From Acidobacteriota bacterium (GTDB lineage Bacteria > Acidobacteriota > UBA890 > WLXD01): DNA of 64,000 nt. Location of the stretch: positions 1,344,001 to 1,408,000 of the forward strand of contig CAXWPH010000015.1 of NCBI GenBank assembly GCA_963666055.2. Reading direction: 5' to 3'. The first letter of the stretch is position 1, and each line of letters opens with the position of its first letter. Shown here piece after piece: positions 19,617 through 30,736 of the stretch. The notes below the pieces were generated by a model, which saw nothing but the letters and a program-made list of their open reading frames with translations, did no database searches and was not told the origin of the DNA. The translations under genes were made by a program, and so were the position numbers.

Positions 19617-20049
19617 CAGTTTGGACCTCGTCTGGACCCTGGCGTTGGGCGTTACCGGCGTGCTGCCCCTGTTGTTGGGGAGTGGGTAACGGCGGGGGAA
19701 CGTGAGCCCCCCGTGATCGCTACGGCGCTATGTCGCTTCGATGAGCGCCTCGATCGCCAGATGCGCCGCGCCGATCGCACCTTCGGTCATCGCTCGTGCA
19801 CGCTCCACAGAGTCATCGGATCGCTCCAGAGGTCGTAGAGCAGCAGTGGGGAGGTGCGCGTATCCGGATCGTTGATCTCCAACGAAGCGCCCCAGTGACC
19901 GTCCACCACCTCGATGACGCCCTCCAGCTCGCCGCCATCGGCATCGAACCCCTGGCGCTCCTCGTTGCTCAGACAAAGCATCCGATCACTACCTCACGGC
20001 CAGACGGGGCAGCGGCACCGTGGGCCTCGACTTTCGGGCGGGCGGGCTT

Positions 20050-21957
20050 CTACGCCAGCAGATCGCGGATCGCCCGGTGTCCTTGGTCGATGGCACAATC
20101 GACGTAGGCTTCGCCACCGGCATCCGAGTTGGCAACTGCCACCCTTCCGAACGGCTTACGGCCGATGACACAGGGCATGTCCTCGTCGGTCCAGTCCGGC
20201 TCGCCGAGGTAGGCGTACTCGTAGGCGTAGCCGTGCGGCCAACGGTTGACGGTAATGGCCTCGATATCGGAGGCTGGATCAAAGCCTCCGGCACCGAGGA
20301 TGCGGCCGAGTTGGTCCCGAATGTTGTGCTCGAAGACCCTGAAGGGGGTCGTCAACAGCTCATAGCGTCCCGCCCGGAACTGCTCTTTGGGCGGCAAGCC
20401 GGGCTTCGTCGAGCTGCGAGAGAGGTGCAACGCCGTCGGCTCATCCGGAGAGCTCGGGTAGCGATAGTCGCCGAGGCTGACAGGGAAGTCCAGGCTGACT
20501 CCGGCGAAATAACTACCCGGACAGGAGACACCGCTAATCCCCAGCTTGTGGAAGCAGCGCCAGTTGCGGATCACGACGTTCGTATAGGTTAGCGGCAGCT
20601 TCACTGCATAGGAGAGGGCTTGCTTTTGTTGCTCCGGCATCTCCGGGCAAAGATACGGAATGACGCTGTTCCAACAGGCCAGTACCGCGTAACTACCCCT
20701 CACCCGCTCTGCTTTGCCGGCTCGCACGTAGGTTAGCTCGACATCGGCGGCACTCTCGGGCGCCCCCCGATGGAGCACCCGGACCACCGTGCTGTCGAGA
20801 CGCACTCGCGCCGGCGCACCGGGCTCGTCGAGCCGACCGTAATCGAAGCGCGCGGTCACCACATCGTCCATCGTGTTGCCTGCTGCGACGGCCGGGATCA
20901 ACGCCCGTACGATCAGCCGTGGGATCGAGGCGTTGCCGTCGGGAAAATGGAAGATATAGGGGTCGTCTTGCTGGTTGGCTTTCGCCGGCGCCCCCATTCT
21001 GCTCACCATGCTGCGTTCCAACCCGATTCCGTCGAATCCAGGGTACTCCAGCCTCCAGCCACGGATCGCAGCAACCCCATCGATGCCGATGCCGAACAGA
21101 CCGTTGCTGCGGGTCTGGAGATAGGTGGCGACCATAGGGTCGACCTTGGCATATTGCCGCAAGTAATCCCGGTAGCTTATGGCGCTCAGTCGACGGAGCT
21201 TCTGCTCGGGCGTGAGGTCCGGCATATAGTCGATGGACGCCGTGTAGAGTCGCACCAGATCCTTGCGCGCCGTCTCGGGAAGTGGTGTCAGCGCTGCGAA
21301 CTCCTCCCATGACATGCCGTCACGGACGATCAGCCGATCGTCGCCAAAGGTTTCGCGGTCGAAGAAGACGGCGCGCTTGAGACCGAGGGAGGCGAACAAC
21401 TCGGTGTCGAATGCCTCCTGAAAGCGCTCGAGATCGACCCCCAGATCGCTGAGCAACCGATGGCTCTCGGCGCTGAAGCCGGACGGTGTATCGATCGATT
21501 GGCTGCCTCCATAACCGATTAGCGGTCGTCCGCCAGCCTCGAACTCGTTGCGCTTGGCGTGACCGCCAAAGTCGTCGTGGTTGTCGAGCACCAGAATCTT
21601 GGCTTCCGGCCCAACCGCCTGACGGAAGAAATATGCGGCCGCCAGACCGCTGATACCGGCCCCCACGACGACCAGATCGTAGCGCTCACCCGTATCGGTA
21701 GCTTCGTCCTCCCAGGACCTGCCGTCCTTGAGCTCGTGGGAGGCCTCCCAGGAGCCATCGTGGCTTCCCCGCATGCCCGTGAGCATCGGTGGGTAGGCTG
21801 CGGCTGCCCCGTCGCCTGTGATCTCCAACGGTGTTGCCGACGCCAATCCGCCCAGACCCGGTACCCCGAGCAACGAACCAGCGACGGAGATCCGCACTCC
21901 GTCGAGAAAATCCCGCCGACTGATCGGCCGATTCATGCCGAGATCCCGATCACTCAC
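20050..21957 (-). CDS. Spermidine dehydrogenase SpdH-like FAD oxidoreductase with Tat signal, copy 2
   Basis: SRRDFL, GAGISG, DNHDDFGGHAKRNEF, HFPDGNAS and VNRWPHGYAY motifs. Confidence 0.85.
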   Translation of the reverse strand: MSDRDLGMNRPISRRDFLDGVRISVAGSLLGVPGLGGLASATPLEITGDGAAAAYPPMLTGMRGSHDGSWEASHELKDGRSWEDEATDTGERYDLVVVGAGISGLAAAYFFRQAVGPEAKILVLDNHDDFGGHAKRNEFEAGGRPLIGYGGSQSIDTPSGFSAESHRLLSDLGVDLERFQEAFDTELFASLGLKRAVFFDRETFGDDRLIVRDGMSWEEFAALTPLPETARKDLVRLYTASIDYMPDLTPEQKLRRLSAISYRDYLRQYAKVDPMVATYLQTRSNGLFGIGIDGVAAIRGWRLEYPGFDGIGLERSMVSRMGAPAKANQQDDPYIFHFPDGNASIPRLIVRALIPAVAAGNTMDDVVTARFDYGRLDEPGAPARVRLDSTVVRVLHRGAPESAADVELTYVRAGKAERVRGSYAVLACWNSVIPYLCPEMPEQQKQALSYAVKLPLTYTNVVIRNWRCFHKLGISGVSCPGSYFAGVSLDFPVSLGDYRYPSSPDEPTALHLSRSSTKPGLPPKEQFRAGRYELLTTPFRVFEHNIRDQLGRILGAGGFDPASDIEAITVNRWPHGYAYEYAYLGEPDWTDEDMPCVIGRKPFGRVAVANSDAGGEAYVDCAIDQGHRAIRDLLA

Positions 21958-22124
21958 CGCCGTCTTCCACCTCGTGGATCGAGCCGACCATCGCTCGCAG
22001 ACTCACGGAAACAACACCGCCCCGGAAGGCTCAGGCGGTGATCAAAACACAAAGCCCGCAATCAGAAAAGCGAACCGCAGAAAGACCGGCGGCCAAGAAT
22101 CCGAAGGGCTCGGCGATCACCACC

Positions 22125-22220
22125 CATGGCGATGAAGCGCACGCCGTCCGACTCATCGAACCCGTGGATGGTGGCGATGTTGGGGTGGTTCAGCGAGGCG
22201 AGCAGCTTGGCTTCGCGCTC
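22125..22220 (-). pseudogene. Internal Ser/Thr kinase fragment (subdomains III-V)
   Basis: EREAKLLASLNHPNIATIHGFDESDGVRFIAM, nearly identical to the kinase at about 59727-59822. Confidence 0.9.
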
Positions 22221-22813
22221 CGCCCTTCTTCTTCAGCGAACTTTCCTGGTGCTCACGATAAGCTCAGCGCATCCCGACGAAGCCTGCTATCGACCGCGCC
22301 CTCGCCGCCAGACAAGAGAACGGTACTAAGTGACCGATCCGAAGAGCGACAAACTGTGGACGGCCCAGGACACAGGGAAATATCCGGAGCCTCCTCCTCC
22401 TCCTCGTCCTCCTCTTCCTCCTCCACCTCCGCCGGCGCCGCCCGATCGGCGATGGCCCGCGACTACTTCGCCCCACTATCAGAAATAGGGAAAGTCGCGG
22501 GCAGAACTTAGCTCCCCGACATCATGTAGCCGTGTCCGAGTTGCTCCGTGCTCCCCGCGCTGTAGCCGAGTCGCCCCCGTTGCGACTAGGATGAGGTTTA
22601 CCTCTCGGCGCGGGACAAGGTTGGTCCTCAACCCGACCGCCGCTAGCGGGCAACGCTGGGACCTGCCGGTGAGGGGACCCCTAACGGCGAGAGTCCCGCG
22701 TTGAGGGGTCTCGCATCTAGCCGCGCTTGATCCGGTGCCCCTTCACGGCTGCGGCGCGTCCCGTCCCATGACCCCGACCACCTACCGAGCCCTCCAGTGA
22801 GAGGCCGCCGAGC

Positions 22814-23140
22814 ATGAGCAAGCTGGGCTTCGTCGACGGACGGCACTACTCGGCCTACGTGGTGGAGGTTCGTCACCTCAAGCGGGTGGGCGACTTCGAT
22901 GGCGCGAAGGAGCTTCTCCTGCGCCTGGTGGACGCCTCCGAGGCCGAGGCCGAGGGCGGAGGCTGGTGGGTTGATCCGTGGTACTACGAACACCTGGCTA
23001 TTATCTACCGGAAGAAGAAGCAGCCGGCCGACGAGCTCGCGATCCTCGAGCGGTACGAACGGCAAGCGAAGGCCCTTGGGGCCGTTCCAGAGAGGCTGGC
23101 TAAGCGCCTGGCCGGCTTGCGGGCCGAGGCGGCCCGATGA
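22814..23140 (+). CDS. Hypothetical helical protein (prophage-like)
   Basis: 108-aa ORF with PWYYEHLAIIYRK..E..ILERY; ATGA-coupled to the next ORF. Confidence 0.6.
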   Translation: MSKLGFVDGRHYSAYVVEVRHLKRVGDFDGAKELLLRLVDASEAEAEGGGWWVDPWYYEHLAIIYRKKKQPADELAILERYERQAKALGAVPERLAKRLAGLRAEAAR

Positions 23141-23349
23141 GAAGCCAGCTCATCGCCCTAAAGATGGACCTTCTGTCAGGGCAGGTCAGCTATCGGTGCA
23201 AGTGCAGGCGTATCGTCCGGGTTCACGCCTCGAACCTATCTACCGGAGCGGTCGACTACTGCGGCTGCGGTCATTTGCGGATCAACCTCAGCCAGGCTCA
23301 AGTCAACGGACACCGACAGATGGCCGGTCTCCCCGACCTCGAGGAGTAG
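23137..23349 (+). CDS. Small Cys-rich protein resembling the CxC...L..G...CGC module of phage HNH/AP2 proteins
   Basis: CKC...NLSTGAVDYCGC. Confidence 0.45.
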   Translation: MRSQLIALKMDLLSGQVSYRCKCRRIVRVHASNLSTGAVDYCGCGHLRINLSQAQVNGHRQMAGLPDLEE

Positions 23350-23476
23350 GGGCCCATGAATACGCTCGAGATCATCGACGGCGCCACCCTCGTCGTTCGA
23401 GACGAGGACGGGGCCGAACTCGGCCGGGTTCCAACGACAGCTCCCAATAGCACGAGTACCGACCAGGAGGGAAACC

Positions 23477-23887
23477 ATGCTGTATTCAGAAGCCTTTGCA
23501 CCACTCGGGGACCACGTGCGGGCGGTGGAAGAGGCCGTTCGCACGCGAGACTGGGAAGCCTGGGCCGCATGCTTCATCGAGGAAGGCGTTTTCGTACCGC
23601 CCAACCAGCCCAGTGTCCACGGCCGCTCAGCGCTTGTTGAATACGGGAACGGTTTACCCGCGCTATCTGCCGTCGCGTTCTCCGATGTGCACTTTGACGG
23701 CAGCGGCGAGGTGGCCGTCGGCTGGTCGGCTTATGAGATGACGCTGCTGATCGACGGACAGGAGGTCAAGGACTCGGGATCGCAGCTGTTCTACTGCGTG
23801 GGGCAAACCGATGGAAGCTGGCTGGTCGTGCGCTGGATGTACAACTCGGACTTCCGGCGGTGGGCTGAGGAGCGAAGTCCTGCATAA
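23477..23887 (+). CDS. NTF2/SnoaL-like (DUF4440-type) protein
   Basis: AGGAGG RBS; VPPNQPSVHGR and QTDGSWLV pattern. Confidence 0.75.
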   Translation: MLYSEAFAPLGDHVRAVEEAVRTRDWEAWAACFIEEGVFVPPNQPSVHGRSALVEYGNGLPALSAVAFSDVHFDGSGEVAVGWSAYEMTLLIDGQEVKDSGSQLFYCVGQTDGSWLVVRWMYNSDFRRWAEERSPA

Positions 23888-23980
23888 CGACAGGCCCGCG
23901 CTGGTCGTCGGTCTATCGGACTTCCGGCTGTGGGCGTGTCTCGCTGATCGACTTCGGCGTGGCGAACAACATCATGTCGA

Positions 23981-24214
23981 TCAGGACGATCTCGCCGATC
24001 GACTTCTTCGCCGTGGTCGTAGGTGGATTCTTTTAGGCGGCAGTCTGGTCGCGCCGGGGTACAGACAACGCGAGCAGCCATCGCGCTTGATGATGTCGCG
24101 GACGTCCTCGAGCGTGTACCAGAGCCGGCCACAGTTCTCACAAACCGTCCACACGTAGACGCGGCCGCGGCACTGGTTCTGCTTGTAGACGATTCGGCCG
24201 GGAGCCAGGCGCAT
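23981..24214 (-). CDS. Small putative Zn-ribbon protein
   Basis: CENC...CSRC pairs. Confidence 0.35.
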   Translation of the reverse strand: MRLAPGRIVYKQNQCRGRVYVWTVCENCGRLWYTLEDVRDIIKRDGCSRCLYPGATRLPPKRIHLRPRRRSRSARSS

Positions 24215-24437
24215 TATCGGCGCTGCCTTCGGATCTCTCGCAAGCTCCCACTTCCTACCCACAACCCCTAATCGTCGCACACCCGCCACGCCGACACGCG
24301 AGAGCCGCTTCGAAGGGGTCGTGTTCGTCCCACGTGTGGGCGAGCCGGACATCGGCTCTACGCTTCTGCACGCCCCTTGTAGTCGCCCAAGCCCCGGATC
24401 ACAGTTGCGCCCAGGATCAGCACAACGGACGAGGTGA

Positions 24438-24848
24438 GTGATGAGTCTGGAGCAGCGAGTCGAGCGACTAGAGCGGGAGAACAGGCGGCTGAAGCTCGCC
24501 GGCGGTGCCGTGGTGGCGGTGCTGTTGATCGTTGCGCTGGTGGGTGCAGTGATGCCGCAGGGGATTCCCGAAGTAATAGATGCGCGGATGTTCCGGGTGG
24601 TTGACGAAAGCGGCACTGTACGCGCCACGCTGGGTGCAAGTGCCATCCGCTACTTCGACGAGAACAGCCACCAGCACGTCAGGATGAGCGACGAGGGCAT
24701 CACCTACTTCGACGAGGACCACAACATGCGGGCAACGCTTGGCCGCACCGAGATCGTCACGCCATCAACCGGAGCGACGACGACCTACCCGGCAGCCGTC
24801 GTCCTATACGACGCCGAGGGCAACGTCATCTGGCAAGCGCCACGGTAG
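24438..24848 (+). CDS. Hypothetical membrane-anchored protein (coiled coil, TM, beta-rich tail)
   Basis: LEQRVERLERENRRLK, one TM helix, repeated FD/VD..G..RA motifs; GAGG RBS. Confidence 0.7.
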   Translation: MMSLEQRVERLERENRRLKLAGGAVVAVLLIVALVGAVMPQGIPEVIDARMFRVVDESGTVRATLGASAIRYFDENSHQHVRMSDEGITYFDEDHNMRATLGRTEIVTPSTGATTTYPAAVVLYDAEGNVIWQAPR

Positions 24849-25155
24849 GGTGCCCAGCCCCGACGCTATGTGTTCTCAAAGCCCCCTTATCGAACTCATA
24901 AGTGATCGCGGGCCCGCCATTTGCGGACCTGCCAAGCCCCGCCCGTTCGAGGCAGCTGTCGGCGACGATGCTGCAACGCCGACCGGCCTGGTAGGCTGCA
25001 AAAGCGGTTGAGCAAGTCGCCCTGCGGCAACGTCCATCTGTTGGTACGGCCGAGCAGATGAGCCGCAAACGGAGGCGACTTGGCCGGCTAGAGCTGCTGA
25101 TGCGACAGTCAGAGAGACCTTCTGGAAAAGACTGGTATCAAAGGTACTGTCAAGT

Positions 25156-25388
25156 TTAACTGAACATACCCTTGCGCCACCGGTAGTACGTGTTCTCGCT
25201 GATACCCAGCTTCCGGCATGCCTCCGGTGTCTTGGCTCCCTGCGCCAGCTCGATCTCTGCCTCCCTGAGCTTGGCGATGATCTGCCCTACTGTGTACCGC
25301 TTCCGCGCCATTGTTCCCCCTTCCCGAGCCTTCCTGAGAGCCTCAAATCCTAATTCTCAATCCGGCCCGATTATTGGGGGGCAGGTCA
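25156..25388 (-). mobile_element. IS3-family (IS407-like) remnant: left IR and truncated orfA
   Basis: IRL TGACCTGCCCCCC at 25388; MARKRYTVGQIIAKLREAE...CRKLGISENTYYRWRK at 25311-25156. Confidence 0.85.
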
Positions 25389-25444
25389 TCTCTGACAGCA
25401 GCAACCGTTTGCTAGGCGACGATCCGGCGGGGCGTGGCTGTGAT

Positions 25445-25819
25445 CTAGTCGCTGTCCTCGCCCGCTGGCGTAGCAGGGTCTCTCAGCCGTGCGCCTATCA
25501 ACCCCCCGAGACACGCGGCTACAAGCCCGGAACCGAGGAAGGGCAAGTCGTCCCCAAAGAAGGTTCCGAATTGTCCAGAGGAAATCAGGCCGATCGTGAC
25601 GAGTAGCAGACCGGGCGCCACCACCCACAACCCCCATCTCCAAGTACCACCCGGCCACAGGGTGCCGAGGAGTAGCCCCGCAGCACCGAAAATGGCTGTT
25701 GAAATGAGGATGGCTGTGGCGAAAGACGGCGACTCCAATGGCAGATTGGCTGGCGCGAACGCCGCGAGGAGACCGAAGAAGACGGCGATCGCGTTGGCGT
25801 AGCGTGGCTGCTGGCTCAT
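25445..25819 (-). CDS. Small hypothetical membrane protein (about 4 TM)
   Basis: 124-aa hydrophobic ORF with GAGG RBS. Confidence 0.65.
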   Translation of the reverse strand: MSQQPRYANAIAVFFGLLAAFAPANLPLESPSFATAILISTAIFGAAGLLLGTLWPGGTWRWGLWVVAPGLLLVTIGLISSGQFGTFFGDDLPFLGSGLVAACLGGLIGARLRDPATPAGEDSD

Positions 25820-26442
25820 TGGGACTTCCTCTGAGATGGTGATCGCCGTGTAATGAGGGATCGTATTGTGCCGTTTAACCAGAAACTAGTCCGTCCTGGT
25901 TAGCGCCCGGCGGGGTGAACCACCTAACAAGGGCTTGAAGCTGTCCCGAATAAACTGCGATAGGTCGGCCGGGGGCCGAGTCCCCGGCGGCCCCCTGGGG
26001 GGCAGGTCAGGAACCGATGTGAAACTCCGCTCGGGTCGCACGCCGACGGCCTCAGAGACTATCGGTGGAGGCGAGCGTCGAAGTGAAACACTACGCCTGG
26101 TCGCCCAGTTGCGAGCGCTGGGAGCCTGAGCGTCGCCATTGTCGCCGTCGCCGGGGAGGGATAGCTGACGCTGGGACGATTGGATGACATTCACCCTGAG
26201 CGGGGGTGTGTTCGTCCCCGGGTCAGTCCTCGATCTCGAAATAGTCCCGTAGCGCTCGCTGCACGTGCGCCGAACGATCGCCGAGCCGTGAACTTCACGG
26301 TGAGACCCCGTACAGTCCCGACTGCGCCGGGGTGTCGCTCAACACTGCAGGCGGCGTTACTCGATCACGTAGGCGGTGCCCGCGTTCAACAAGTTCGGGA
26401 TGTGCTGCAACGTTCATTCCGAGGCGCAACACGACAGGGGGT

Positions 26443-26748
26443 ATGAGCATGAGGATGATGTTGAAGGTCGCGATTCCGGTCGAGGCGGGGAATGCCGCCA
26501 TCGCCGATGGCTCGCTGCAGGGTACGGTGATGCAGTTCGTGGAGAAGATGCAGCCGGAGGCGTCGTACTTCCTCCCCGAGGATGGTATGCGCACGGCCCT
26601 GTTCTTCCTGAATATGGAGGATCCGTCCGACATACCGTCGGTCGCCGAGCCGTTCTTTATGAAGCTCAAGGCTAGTGTCACCCTGACGCCGGCGATGGAC
26701 CTGGCGGACATGCAGGCCGGTGTCCAGAAAGCGATGGCGGCAAGCTGA
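26443..26748 (+). CDS. Conserved hypothetical protein of about 100 aa
   Basis: MRMMLKVAIPVEAGNAAIADG...PEASYF...AEPFF; G-rich RBS. Confidence 0.7.
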   Translation: MSMRMMLKVAIPVEAGNAAIADGSLQGTVMQFVEKMQPEASYFLPEDGMRTALFFLNMEDPSDIPSVAEPFFMKLKASVTLTPAMDLADMQAGVQKAMAAS

Positions 26749-26831
26749 GGGAATCGGGCGCGCCCGTGAACCGCAGCAGGCGAGGCGGGCCGATCGGCGT
26801 CACACAAAGAGCTCGGCAGGATCGGTGCTGT

Positions 26832-27267
26832 TTAGGGAAGTGCCATCGTGTAGCAGAGCGCCTCGCCATCGAGCACCAGCGTGCCGTCGTCCCGCACGAC
26901 GGTCGTGGCGAGCTTGGTGATCGGCTTGTCGTCGCGTACTGACAGCACTTCGACGTAGCCGGTGATCGCGTCCCCGGGCCTCACTGGGGCTTTGAAGTTC
27001 CAGTCACAGTGTAGGAAGACTGTCCCCGGGCCGGGAAGGTCCTCGGCGACGACGGCATTCAGGATGGCGCTGGTCACGCCGCCCTGGACGACTATCTCGC
27101 CGAACCGTGTCGCCTTTGCCGCCTCCTCATCGTAGTGGAGTGGGTTGCGGTCGCCGCTGATCTCGGTAAACAGCTCGATGTCTCGCGGCTGTACGAGGCG
27201 TGATCGCTCGGCCTTCTGCCCGACTTCGGGCTTCCCATGGGGGCCAGACTTCGGTCTTCGGGGTCAT
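26832..27267 (-). CDS. MaoC-family dehydratase; frameshift in a homopolymer near 27240
   Basis: ISGDRNPLHYD, LPGPGT and FKAPVRPGD motifs. Confidence 0.85.
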
Positions 27268-27361
27268 CGGTGCACGCTCCACGCCACTGTTCGGGATTAC
27301 ACGTAGGAGCAATCTCCGCCGAGCCCCGGAACAGCGCATATTTTGCTCTGATCTGGGCTGT

Positions 27362-27925
27362 CTACCTCGCGTCGATCGGCACCATCAGGTGTGCATACGG
27401 AGTATCCGGCCACATGACCCACGGGCCACCGTTGAGGTGATCGGTCGAAAAGCTGTCCAGCATCGAGCGATCCGGCAACAGGAACATCATGTGAGCGTGT
27501 AGATCGGTTACCCAATCTTCGGGGCCGGTCGCTTCGGTCGCGAACGGGTCGCTGTTGCTGACCGCCGTATCGCCCTGGAGCATGTAGGCGATTCCGAATT
27601 CTGAGTACGTGGGCTCAGTCCCGCTAACGTAAGCCTGCAGGAAGTTGAGCCACGGGCCGTTCACGCACCATGGATCCGTGCCGGGAGTATCGCGATCCGG
27701 CAGACAGGTCCAGCCGTTGGTACCCTCACGGACGACATTCAGATCCCAGTCCATGATTGTCGCGTCAGCTGCGATCGTTGCTGGCCCGGCGCTCTCGGCA
27801 CTGCGGATCAAGTCGTCTTGGGGCATTCCGGTCGGCTGGATCGACGGTTGGGCAGCGTCTTGGTCGCCGGAGCAGGCACTCGCTATGACCAGTGCGACTA
27901 GCACTCCGATCGTCTTCACATTCAT
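27362..27925 (-). CDS. Hypothetical lipoprotein
   Basis: Lipobox ASAC; EGTNGWTCLPD, IAYMLQGD and VMWPDTPYAHLMVP. Confidence 0.75.
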   Translation of the reverse strand: MNVKTIGVLVALVIASACSGDQDAAQPSIQPTGMPQDDLIRSAESAGPATIAADATIMDWDLNVVREGTNGWTCLPDRDTPGTDPWCVNGPWLNFLQAYVSGTEPTYSEFGIAYMLQGDTAVSNSDPFATEATGPEDWVTDLHAHMMFLLPDRSMLDSFSTDHLNGGPWVMWPDTPYAHLMVPIDAR

Positions 27926-28011
27926 ATTCACCTCTATGGAAAGGGTGTGTTCGAGAAGCCGGCTCCTCCTGGTCGATTGGGATGAAGTGGAGGCCAGAGC
28001 GGTGAGACGGG

Positions 28012-29466
28012 TCAGTGAATACTCTGAATCCCAGCGACAGGTGGCGCGGCGAATTCGACACCTCGCTCCGTGACGACGCCACGCTCGTGCAGACTGCAAT
28101 AGTAAATATGTCTCCCTGCACCCCATTTCGGGACGGGCATATGGACCATGTATTCGATGCCCAAGGTGAGCAGGAGCGGGATCTTCTTGTCCGCGTGCCA
28201 TCTTGCACCCATAGGTGAAACCCGGGGCGCCAGCATGCCCTTGCCAACCTGATGAAGGTCTAGGTGCACTTGGGTCTTTTCGGGGTCCAGGCTCGGGTCG
28301 AATCTGTCTCTGTCGATGTAGGCAAACCCGGCTTCTTCCAACTTGCCGATGATCCGCGCAAGGGCTTGGCGTCCTGTATCGCCGACCCTGATGTTCTTGC
28401 TAATGAGCTTGCGGACTCTCACGACTTCATCCCAGCTCCTTTGGACTTCTGGAGGCGGGCCGGTCTCGCCCTCACGGAGTACGTAGTAGGGGACCATGCC
28501 GCTCTGGAACATGTCGCCGTGCTGGAGGGGGAAATCTTCGAAGGCGCTTTCATCATGATCCCATTCGCGCGTCGAGAACCAGCTGCCCCCTACATCGCGC
28601 AAGGTGGTGACGCCGGGTACGATCTCTTGAAATGTCCTAGTCCGGCGCGGTAGGCCGGAGCCACCAAAGAGAACGATTTCGCCGGCGACACTGCTCGTGA
28701 GGTAGTCCAAGATCATGTTCTCAGCGGAGACCATTCGCTTGGCGTACTTGTCGCCCAACGCGCGAGACAAATGGAGGTGGTCCGCATAGGAAATACCGTC
28801 GGTGAGGGCGAGGGTATATGTCTCGGAGCCCTCGGCGAGTGACAGTTTCTCCGCGTAATTCACACCGATTCGCTTCGGGTCACGTTCGGCGACGAAATCT
28901 CCGAGCCCCATGAACCGGTAGCCCATCTCTGAGTGGGGAACGTCGTTCGGGTTCTCCCTGACGTAGTCCATAATCTCGTAATTCTCTTGATTAATGAACT
29001 TCGACTGGCCGCGGACGATGTCGAAGGCGCCGTCGTCATCAACCTCACCTTCAAAGACGACCCGCTCAATTCTGTCGCCGCCACGATCGGTAAAGACGAG
29101 GACGGCGGCATTGCTGCCGAATTCATAGCGAAGGGGGTCGGTGGAATCGATGTTGCTGTAATTGAGATCGAGGCTCTCTAGTCTTCTGAGCTCGTTTCCG
29201 CTAAAGGTCCAGGGCCGAATAATGTGAATCCACATGTCGACGCGTTCATCACGCATGACGCGGGGTAAAACCAAGTCGAATTTCTCCCGGCGAATGTGGT
29301 TCAGCATTTCTTTGGTCGCATAGGGGTTATCGTCGTCGAAGGCCCCGTAGTAGGTGTCGCTGATGCCGGGCAGGGCTTCAGGATTACGAGCTCGCGTTTG
29401 TGCGGTTGACACGTGTGCGAGGCACAGCAAAGAAAGAGGCTGCCAGCACAAGTCGTAATTCGGTCA
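28012..29466 (-). CDS. M24 (Xaa-Pro aminopeptidase)-like exported protein, paralog 1
   Basis: VLPRVMR...DMWIH, ERDPKRIGVN and EYMVHMPVPKWG; apparent frameshift in the signal region. Confidence 0.65.
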
Positions 29467-29480
29467 CCGGCAATCTCCTG

Positions 29481-30717
29481 CTAGCGGATAATCAGAATCT
29501 CTTGTGTGGGTCGCGCCGGAAAGCTCGACGCCACGTTCGGTGACCATTGCTCCGTCGTGGAGGCAAATGTATAGGTGTTTTCCCTTGCCCCATTCCGGCA
29601 CGGGCATGTGGATCATGTATTCGAGGGCGAAGGTATGGTAGAGGGGAATCTTCAGATCGCGGCCCCAACCGGTTGGAGAAATCCTCGGCGCTTCCTCCTG
29701 TGAAACCATTCTTCCGAGCGCATGGAAGTCGATATGGACCTGCGTTTTCTCCGGGTCCGCGCTCGTGTCATATTGATCCTGATCGATGTAGTGGTATCCG
29801 GCTTGCTCGAGTTGCTCGATGAGGATGTCGAGTGTTTCGGCCCCTGTCCGACCTGCGACGATGTTTCTACGGAACAGTTCACGGGCTCGTAGGGCATGTC
29901 CCCATATACGCTGGATCTCCGGAGGGAGCCCCGTCTCGCCCTGGCGAAGGACGTAGCCGATGCCGCCGTTGTGCTCACTGAATTCCCGCATGTTCGCGTC
30001 GTGCAGTATCCCGACGAGATCGCCGGGTTGGACGACGTAATCGGTATTGTTTTCTTCGTTGCCGTCGAGGTCCCTGACGAATACATTACCGGCAATATCG
30101 CTCAATCGAGTTTCGCCGGGGACGATGCTTGCCAATGCGCTCTCTATGATGTTGGTGCTGTTTATGAGAAGGCGACCATAGAGGGCTACTTCGCTCATCA
30201 CCCTGCCGGCCAAGAAATCCGCTATCAAGTGGTCGGCTGGGACGACTCGATTACTGTATTCGCCGCCCAGTGCTTCAAGGACCCGTGTGCGATCCTCGGT
30301 CGAGATGGTGTCGAAACCGGAACCCTCTTCGGCGTAATTGAGGGCGATACGCCTGGGGTCACGGTCGGCGACGAATCGTCCCAAGTCACTTTCAGGGCCG
30401 AACACGTCATAGAGTTCACGGTCGGCTTGGCCGCCGAGGACAGCCCGCTCGATGCGCGCCTCACCGCGGTCGGTAAAGATATAGACGCCGGAATTGTCGC
30501 CGAGCTCGTAATTGAGGGGGTTCTTTCCTCTGATCACGTGGATCCACATGTCGATGCCGTTGCTCTTCATCGCTTGCGGGAGGACCAAGGCGAATTTCTC
30601 GCCACGAATGAGATTCATCAGGGCCGGAAACGCCTCGAGCTCTTGACGCTGGGCGTGGACTTCTTGGGCAACCAGAAGCATGCACAAGAGTGTGAGGACG
30701 TTCCGTACTCCATACAT
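29481..30717 (-). CDS. M24-like exported protein, paralog 2
   Basis: Same motifs; a 1-nt shift near 29520 restores the EFPARPTQEILIIR-stop ending. Confidence 0.65.
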
Positions 30718-30736
30718 GGTTGGCCTCTGTGCCTTA

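Noticed and set aside
19728-19981. Possible sulfatase C-terminal fragment (LLLYDLWSDP)
   Set aside because: Similarity rests on one short motif; not enough to call
23910-24036. LIDFGVA as another kinase fragment
   Set aside because: Only a DFG-like word with no flanking HRD or other kinase motifs
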